Positions 55,215-64,000 of a stretch of DNA of 64,000 nt are shown here, one piece after another. Each line of letters opens with the position of its first letter. Positions within the stretch are counted from its first letter, which is position 1. This DNA is from the human T2T-CHM13v2.0 reference genome, Homo sapiens. The notes under the pieces are model-generated. The model saw nothing but the letters and a program-made list of their open reading frames with translations, was not told the origin of the DNA and searched no databases. A program made the translations under genes and the position numbers. Where the stretch lies: NCBI RefSeq assembly GCF_009914755.1, contig NC_060934.1; one strand, 5' to 3'.

Positions 55215-57110
55215 GGCAGATGACATGATTCTATATCTAGCAAACCTCATAGTCTCAGCCCAAAAGGTCCTTCAGCTGATAAACAACTTCAGCAAAGTTT
55301 CAGGATACAAAACCAATATACAAAAATCACTTCCATTACTATACACCAACAACAGTCAAGCCAAAAGCCAAATCAGCCGAATCTCATTTACAATTGACAC
55401 AAAACGAATTAAAAACCTAGGAATACAGCTAACAAGGGAGGGGAAAGATCTCTAAAATGAGAATTACAAAACACTGCTCAAAGAAATGTGAGAAAACAGA
55501 AACAAATGGAAAAACATTCCATGCTCATGGATAGAAAGAATCAATGTCATTAAAATGGGCCAATCTGCCCAAAGCAATTTATAGATTCCATGCTATTCTT
55601 ACCAAACTACCAATAACATTCTTTACAGAACTAGAGAAAACTATTTTAAAATTCATATGGAACCAAAACAGAGCCCAAATAGCCGAGGCAATGCTAAGCA
55701 AAAAGAACAAAACTGGAGGCATCACATTACCCAATTTCAAACTATACTACAGGGCTATAGTAACAAAACAGCATGGTAGTGTTACAAAAAGAGGCACCTA
55801 GCCCAGAAATAATGCTGTATACCTACAACTATGTGATCTTTGACAAATCTGACAAAAACAAGCAATGGAGAAAGGACTCCCTATTCAATAAATGGTGCTG
55901 GGATAACTGTCTAGCCATATGCTAAAGATTGAAACTGGACCCCTTCCTTACACCATATACAAAAATCAACTCAAGATGAATTAAAGACTTAAATGTAAAA
56001 TCCAAAACTATAAAACCCCTGAAGACAAGCTAGCCAATACCATTCTGAACATAAGAACAAGCAATGATTTCATGACGAAGATGCCTAAAGCAATCAGGAC
56101 AAAAGCAAAAATTGACAAATGGGATCTAATTAAACTAAAGAGCTTCTGCACAGCAAAAGAAACTATCAATAAACAGACAACCTAAATAGTAGGAAAAAAT
56201 TTTGCAAACTAACAAAGGTCTGATATCCAGCATCTATAAGAAACTTAAACAAATTTACAAGAAAAAACAAATAACCCCATTAAAAAGTGGACAAAAGACA
56301 TGAACAGGCACTTTTCAAGAGAAGACATAACATGTGGCCAACAAGCATATGAAAAAAAGCTCAATATCACTGATCATTAGAGAAATGCAAATCAAAACCA
56401 CAATGAGATGCCATCTCACACCAGTCAGGATGGTTATTATTTAAAAGTGAAAAAATAACACATGCTGGTCAAGTTGTGGTAAAAAGGGAACACTTATATA
56501 TTGTTGATGGGAGTGTAAGTTAGTTCAACCATTGTGGAACGCAGTGTGGCGATTCCTCAAAGACCTAAAAACAGAACTACCATTTGACCCAGCAATCCCA
56601 TTACTGGATATATGCCCAGATTAATATAAATCATTCTACCATAAAGACATATGCACATGAATGTTCACTGCAGCACAATTCACAAACAACCTAAATGCCC
56701 ATCAGCGGTAGGCTGGATAAAGAAAATATGGTACATATACACCATTCAATGCTATGCAGCTACAAAAAAGAATGAGATCATGTCTTTTGAAGGGACATAG
56801 ATTGAGCTGGAGGCCATTATCCTTAGCAAACTAATGCAGAAATCGAAAATCAAATACCACATGTTCTCACTTACAAGTGGGAGATAAAGGATAAGAACTC
56901 ATGGACACAAAGAGGGGAATGACAGACACTGGAGCCTATTTGAGGGTAGAGAGTAGGAGGAGGGAGAGAATCAGAAAAAATAACTATTGGGTACTAGGCT
57001 TAATACCTGGGTGATGACATAGTCTGTACAACAAACCACTGTGACACAAATTTACCTATATAAAAAACCTGCACATGTACGCTGAACCTAAAATAAAAGT
57101 TTAAAAAAAA
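55215..57110 (+). mobile_element. 5'-truncated L1PA14-16-like element
   Basis: Starts at the RT motif codons GCAGATGAC (ADD). 3'UTR GAATCAGAAAAAATAACTATTGGGTACTAGGC, AATAAAAGTT and an A-tail. Confidence 0.9.
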
Positions 57111-57253
57111 GTTAAAGATTGAATCATAGACAACTTTATGAAAAAAAGACTTTATTCTAGATATATAAATTGTATGTAATTTATAAATATATATTTATTT
57201 CTTTTAGATATAATATCTATATATCTATAGATGGCCTTTCGAGACTTAGAACC

Positions 57254-57647
57254 TGCTATGGTTTGAAAGTGTCCCCAAAGTTCATGTGTTAGAAACTTAA
57301 ACTGCCATTGTAACAGTATTAAGAGGTAGGGCCTTTATGAGGTAATTAGGCCATGAAGGCTCCATCCTCATGAATGGTTTAACACCAACTTTGCAGGAGT
57401 GAGTTAGTTATCTCAGGAGTGGGCTCCTGATAAAGGATAAGTTTGGCCCCCACTTTCTCTTCATCTAGGGTACTCACTTCCACCCTTCCATGCTTCTGCC
57501 TTCTTCTATGGGATGACACTCATTAGATACAGCCGCTTGATCTTGGACTTCCCAGCCACCAGAATCACAAGCCAAATAAATATGTTTTCTTTATAAATTA
57601 TGCAGTCTGTGGTATTCTGTTATAGCAGGAGAAAACAGACTAGGAAA
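57254..57647 (+). mobile_element. MST (MSTC/D-like) solo LTR
   Basis: TGCTATGGTTTGAA..GTTCATGTGTT..TCTTGGACTTCCCAGCC..CTGTTATAGCA..AACAGACTA. Confidence 0.85.
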
Positions 57648-58306
57648 CTATAAAAATAAATGTAAAAAGACTAGAAAGATGTGATGTTAGAAACCTATGG
57701 TAAAAAAAAAAGCAATTATGAGAAAAAGTTTTTGTTGTAAACATGATAGATCTAGCTTAATATGTTGAATAAAGAGATCAAACAAGCAGATAACAGAAAC
57801 ACTAAAATCCCAAAAGATAAGTGAGCAAAGGTCAAAAACAGACAATTCATGAAAGAGGAAATACATCTAGCAAAAAGACATATGAAGCAGGTTCTGGCTC
57901 TTATCCTAGATTCTGCTTCTGGTATCCAGTCCACTGAACTCTTGGTTTGATGCTTCCTGACAGCCAATAATTAGCCTCCATTTTGCTCTTCAACTGTGCC
58001 CTTGCTTTTCAACTAGAATTTGATACTTCATTGCTGCATCTTCTGTTCTAACTTTCACACATTCTCAGTTCCCAGCTTTTCTATGCCCTGCCTTATGGAA
58101 GGGTAAGAAAACCATAGGAAATCTCTATTTTCCTTACTTCATATTTTACCATTTTATTCATTCAGTGCTGCTACATAAAGGCCTATATTTTATTCTTCAT
58201 CACTTTTTCTTTTATATACACTATCCAAACAGGTTAAGTAATCCCATACACAATGTACAATGATCCGTGTTGTGATAACTACGTGCAAACACATAGTTAG
58301 AGTTCC

Positions 58307-58440
58307 GAAGGAAATAAGGAAGGAAGAATAGGAAGAGGGAGAAAGGGATGGAGGGAGGGAGGGAGGGAGGAATGGAAGGAAGGAAGGAAGGAAGGAAGGA
58401 AGGAAGGAAGGAAGGAAGGAGTAGGGAGAAAAAAAGGGAA
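58307..58440 (+). repeat. Polypurine tract containing (GGGA)3GGG and (GGAA)11
   Basis: Visible directly. Uninterrupted GGAA run at 58374-58417. Confidence 0.95.
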
Positions 58441-61400
58441 GATCATATAAGCAACACTTTAAAGCATCCAAAGCAAATACAAATTCCAGGGCGTTGTTAA
58501 TTTACTAGGCATTATAGATGCATTTGGGGGAAATATAATGTTTGCAATACCCTGTGAAAAACTAATATTGATATCAAAATATAAAAAGAAAGTAAAAATG
58601 AATAACGTAATTGCCTGCAAAATGTATTATGAGACTCAATTAACTTTAAATTATGCTATCATAAACAATTCATTATATTTAAAAAGTTTGTATATTAGTT
58701 TATCTTACTACAAAAGAATTCCCAATGGTACCTAACATCTAATTTAAATTAAATAGTATTTATGTGTGAGCAAGAATCACAACACATGAATTAAACATTA
58801 CTCATAAGATATTAAATTTCAAAGTACATTTATAAAAATATTTCCAAATTTTTCTATATCAAAAACTACGTTTAATGTTGGGTTGCATTGTAAGTATATT
58901 TTAATACATTTGCTATGAAGTGACTGAAGCCTCCAAAAACAAGAGTGCTTAAGGCAGAAAAAGTTTTTCAATGGTTGTGGCACATGCTTTGAAAATTCAG
59001 ATATGTCCAGGAGGAGCGGAGGGTTCTCTTTGCTTAATGAAACTTGTCTTGAAGAAAAGGATAGGCAGGAACACAGATAATAGTTTCCAAGTGAGGACTG
59101 AGTTTGAAATAGCACAGTAATGTGTTGTTAAAATTGTCCTTAGAGTCAGCTGAAGCCTAGGAGTCAGGGGTCAGGGGGTAGTTGGGAGGAGAAGACTAAA
59201 ATATAATAGCAAATTAAAAATTATATAATCATATCAGCAAAATCTCTAAAAGGAACTGGTGAACACAACTTGGCACAAATAGTAGTGGAGGCTATTAGCC
59301 ACACTTCAACATGTGGCTGGCAGTGTGTTACTTTTTGACACTTACCTAGTGGAGAAAGAGTGGGGCCATGTTACCAGATAGAGACGGAGGCAGCCAGTTA
59401 TGTAGGAGCACTACAGCCTGGGCACTGGGCCAGCTGCCTCCACTGATCATCAGCTTGAGAGCTAGGGCCATGCAGCCAGTTACCAAGTGGAGAGAAAATA
59501 GTGATTGTATGGCCAGTGCTAACCTTATGAACACATATGAAAGACATGAAAATCCCACAATAGATATACAAAGACATTTTTGTCATGACAGTTATGATGT
59601 ACTCCTAGCAGGTAAGGCCTAGAGAAACATGGGTTATATAAAGAATTCTATTAAGTAGACACATAGAAATCCTTGAATATGCATTAGGGAAAAAATGTTG
59701 TCAAATGGTCAACTTGGCCATGTTATTTCTGAAAATATAAGGTACTAACTCTGTGGGAAACTTTCCAAGGTTTAACTTTTGCTTTTGTCCTTGCTACAAT
59801 TGTTGTTGCAAACTTATAGTAAAACATTAGTCAGATCTAGATCAACAAGGACACTGCAAGGTATTTCCAGCATGGAAAACAAACTTCACTTTCCCAAATT
59901 CCAATTCTGTCAAACCAGATGATGCATCCATTTGGAAAAGAAAAGAAAACAAGGCAACTACTTCAGAGCAAGCTTCATTAATAAATGCAGAACAGTCTGT
60001 TATCTGTAAAAATGTGCAGATAAGAGAGGAAGAGAAAAATCTGCAAGATTCCCAGGCTTTGTTGTGAATAAATATAGCATGGCTGTCAAAACAAAATTGT
60101 AAACCGTATTATGTAGAGTTTCCTTTTGTTAATTTGGAATTTAAATGTTTAAGTCCAATCCCCTAAATGCAAAAGTGATCAATCCCAGAGCAATATGATT
60201 ACTGTTTCTTGACAATGTGGATAGAAACCATCAAAGCCATATGTATACTTAAAAACAACAGACACTGTTATTTTTATTCACTTTATTTTATTTTATTTCT
60301 CTGAAACCCATACACACAGAATAAGAATTTCCTCTGTATGTAAACAATATAAATAAAATATGCATTGGATATGAGATAATATCATATGAAATCTACAGAG
60401 GAAAACATTCATTTCTTTATCAGGCAGAATCACTATATTAGAGATGAATACATTCTCTTAAGACTCTCAAACACTTTTAGGTTGCCTATCCTTTAGTTTT
60501 AAGGTACATTACTAATACAACATCTTTTAAATTTGAACCAAGTGACTTTTTAACATCTATTGAAGCTATTGGTACCTTCAATAGACAGGAGATGGATCAG
60601 AATTCTCGTGGTTATTTAAGAAATACATATGTAAGTAAGTTCAATTCACAACTGAGCTTATGTTTCCTCTATATGATAAACATGCTGAAAACAAGTTATA
60701 CAGGGAAAATTTTTCTGGCTGTATTGGAAAGCTTAGGCCAAAGTCAAAGAGAAAAGAAGAACTAAAGCAATCTAGCTTTTCCCATATGCAAACGTCTATT
60801 TCGAAACACAGGATGCTGATTTACAGTGAAATTTCCGAGTCAAATAAAAATGAAGCATTGTTGTATAGTGGGGGAAAATGCTGGCCTCGCATCAAAAGTT
60901 CTACATTCCAATCTCACTTTGTTCTTGCTAGCTGATAACCTATGCCAAGTCTCTTATGGGCCTTATTAAATGAGGAGTGAATTAGATCATTTCTAACGAT
61001 GTTCAACTCTAACATTTTATGAACCTCTACCAATGGGATCAATGTATAAGAAAATGAGCCAAACAAAAGAAAATAAAAGGTATTAAAGAAAGTGGAATAA
61101 CTAACAGAGAACTATACTCAATTTACATTGAAAAGACAAAACATTTTGTACCATTCTAATCTCATAAATAAAATATAATTCAATCTATTTTGTGCAAAAC
61201 ACAGTTTAGAGAATTACAAAATAAAGATATGACCCTAAAATCTACTTTAGTTTATTGTGCATATAAAGAATTTCAAACTGATTTAAATTTAGGTGATGTT
61301 TCCAATTTTATGAAACAGGAAAAAATTACCTTAAATCACTGCATCCAAGATTTAAGAAAGAATTTCTTCATAATACAGTTAATAAAAATTCTTTCTAAAG

Positions 61401-61449
61401 GAATTTGTGAAACTGTCCTCCAGATGATTCGATTGTACTTTCTATTATA

Positions 61450-61553
61450 CTGCATGGCATCAATTTTAACATGCACATTTTCCCATATGTTCACATTTCT
61501 CAAATTAGGATATGTCTTCCAAGTGATGGCATCTTAGATACAATAAAATAGGG
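61450..61553. mobile_element. MER104/Kanga-type (Tc2) MITE remnant
   Basis: TA-flanked. ..ATGCACATTTT..GATGGCATCTTAGAT.CAATAAAATAGGG resembles recalled MER104 termini. Confidence 0.55.
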
Positions 61554-61689
61554 TAGTTTTTAAAATAGGCATGCCTTATCTTCTCTATCATATTGTATTT
61601 GAGAAGGAAAAAATAGAACTGTGCAAGAAATCAATATCAAGTCATAATAAACAAATAAAAGAAAAATAAAATCCCAATTGTTGGGATAC

Positions 61690-62390
61690 CGAAGAATTCC
61701 AACTAGTTTACAGATACTCCCCCTCCAGGAAGAGGAGCTTAAATCTCCCCACCTTGAGTGTGGACTGCATTAGTGACTTACTTCCAAACAGGAGAGTAGG
61801 AAGGGGAAGGGACAGGGTGAGGAAGTAACCTTGCAGTGGAAAAACCTGGCAAACACTACATTGGTCAGTGATCAAAGTTAATATCATCATTGATAAGTCA
61901 TGTCAATAGAATGTCCCCTTTATATAATGTCAGAGAATGTCACTTTACCTTTGTGGTCATCCTCCCCAAAACCCAAACCCCAGTCTAACCCTAAGGAAAA
62001 TGTTCAGACAAATCCCATTTAAGGGCCATTCTACAAAATGCCTGACCAGACCAGTATTCCTGAAACTGTCAAAGTCATGAAAAACTTCCTTGTTTTTCAT
62101 GTCTGAAAGACTGTCACAGAGCAGAATGTGGAGACATGATGATTACATGTAACACTGAATCCTGGCACAGAAAAGACATTAAAGGAAAAATTAGGGAAAT
62201 CTGAATAAAATGTAGAGTTTAGTTAGCAATAACATATCAGTGTTGGTTTATTGGTTGTGACAAATGTATCATAGCAATATAAGGTTACAATAGAAGAAAC
62301 TGCAAGAAAGGTATACAAGAACTCCTCTGTACTATCTGTAATTTTTCTGTAAATCTAAAACTATTCTAAAATTAAAAGTTTATTTAAGAA
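61690..62390 (+). mobile_element. L1MC/MD-type 3'UTR
   Basis: GTGACTTACTTCCAAA..GTGGAAAAACCTGGCAAACACTAC..GTGATCAAAGTTAATATCA..CTGTAAATCTAAAACTATTCTAAAATTAAAAGTT. Confidence 0.85.
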
Positions 62391-63699
62391 AACCAAGCCA
62401 TGCATAATTTTATACACATATTCTACAATAAAATGACCCAACAAATCAAAATGGAAGAGAATTAGATCCTAAACTAATCCAGATTTTTAGAAAAATAACC
62501 AAGCTAATAAGTGTAATAATACAGGAAGATAAAATGTACCAAAGAGAATTAAGAGGCTCTTATCTCAATTCTTACCATGGGAACAATTTTTCATTTGTGA
62601 CAAGACCTGAATTATATGTTAGTCCATTTAGTACAAAGTAACCATCAAAATAGTTAAATCCTCAACTGTTGTACACTCCTATGGATAGCAATATTTCTAG
62701 AATAATGAACCTTGTCCTCCCTTTTTCTGATAACCCATCATAACTCTGGATGTCTTGGGTTTCCAAGAAAGACTTGTGGGAAAATATGTGAAACAAGTCA
62801 TTAAACTTGGGCTTCAACTGCTATACAGCTCATAAAACAAATAGAACTAAACTGATTTATTTGAGCCATCTGATTTTTTGCTCAAGAGACAGGGTCAAAA
62901 CCACCCTTTAGGGTTCAAATGGTAATATTCTTTCTCTGTATGAACATGAGCAGTGTAGTCAACAATTGCTATGTAGTCTAATTCCTTAATTGACTAAAAA
63001 TACTGTCAGGCCCCAAGTTATAATCAAATTGTGTTTTAAACTGCTGTCATATCTGTTATGTATAATTTATAACACATGTTCTCAATGACAAAATTCTTAT
63101 AAAGGATGGCTAAATGCAGTCTAGTTCAGAAAACTTTTTAACCCGTAAAATAAAAGATGTTCACAGCAATGTAACCAAGGTGACTACTGCCCTGAAAATA
63201 GACTATGAGCCAACTCTAGCAGAAAGCGAGCCCCCTCCAAACAAACAAACAAACAAAAAAACATATCCTGGATTATTCCCTATTCAGACTCCACCTCATG
63301 TTTTCTAAAGAAAATGGAAAGTAAGCATCCAGGGTAAGCCAGTTGCAGTGTTTCAGAGAGTGGATAGAGGTGGAAAGCAGGATTTATAATATTAGATAGA
63401 AAGGAAGGATAGCTAATATAAGAAATACTCTGTGAACAGGATTTTTCCACTAACTGTCAGCAGCACTGAAGTTTCAAGAAAAACTGTGGACATTTCCAAG
63501 GTCCTGGATGAAAAGGTATGGACAGCAATCCCCAAAGCCAAAGTTATGGCCAAGAAGAGCTGAAGATGCTTTGCATAACCAAGCAAGGCACTCAGCTAGG
63601 AAAAACACTAGAATGGCCCACTAAGACAGGCAAGAAAGTCTTGAGCCCAGGGCCTGCCAAGGACACCTGAAGGATTCCAAGTAACAGTGGAAGGCCACA

Positions 63700-63830
63700 C
63701 ACTAAATAGAGTGCAGGCTTTGGAAATAAATCTGAATTTGAATCCTCTGCCTTTAATTAGACCTGTGACCATAAGAATCTTTCTTAACTGCTCTAAGACG
63801 CAGTTCTTTCATTCATCAAATCAGAATAAA
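63700..63830 (+). mobile_element. MIR fragment
   Basis: GGCTTTGGA..TTTGAATCC..CTGTGACC..CTTAAC..CAGTT. Confidence 0.6.
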
Positions 63831-63857
63831 AAATATCCATTTCTGAATTTCTAACAG

Positions 63858-64000
63858 TTTTATATTGATGTTCTAACAAATTATCACAAATTTGGCTGCT
63901 GAAAACAACACAAATTATCATTTTACAGTTCTGGAGGTAAGAAGTCTGAATTAGGCCGCATGGGCTAAAATCAAGGTGTCAGTAGGACTGCGTTCCTTCT
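63858..64000 (-). mobile_element. MLT1 (MLT1D-like) LTR running off the window end
   Basis: AACAAATTATCACAAA..AAAACAACACAAATT..TTACAGTTCTGGAGG..GCTAAAATCAAGGTGTC. Confidence 0.8.

Noticed and set aside
63440-63563. Possible + strand exon (..STEVSRKTVDISKVLDEK|GTATGG)
   Set aside because: Weak acceptor, unrecognised peptide and no partner exons.

Overview
Primate (most likely human or great-ape) genomic DNA: AT-rich, CpG-depleted, and mostly interspersed repeats (L1 of many ages, THE1/MST/MLT/ERVL LTR elements, Alu, MIR, L2, Tigger and MER104 DNA transposons). I cannot support any cellular protein-coding gene, RNA gene or prokaryote-type system. The long ORFs in the track are decayed L1 ORF1/ORF2, THE1 internal, Tigger1 transposase or antisense Alu read-throughs. 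The main structural discovery is a ~9.9 kb insertion (8734-18640) that splits ORF1 of an old L1PA16/17-type element and is bounded by a degenerate 12-bp target-site duplication (TSD). It contains a full-length L1PA10-13-type element, two further L1 3' ends and ~1 kb of non-L1 DNA ending in AATAAA plus an A-tail, which is the pattern of an ancient L1 3' transduction. The window also holds several short-template patchwork insertion scars (21.1, 24.0, 27.0, 44.2, 51.5 and 55.0 kb), including a complex L1 5' junction with an inverted copy of the target. Subfamily names come from recalled consensus features rather than a RepeatMasker run, so they are approximate.
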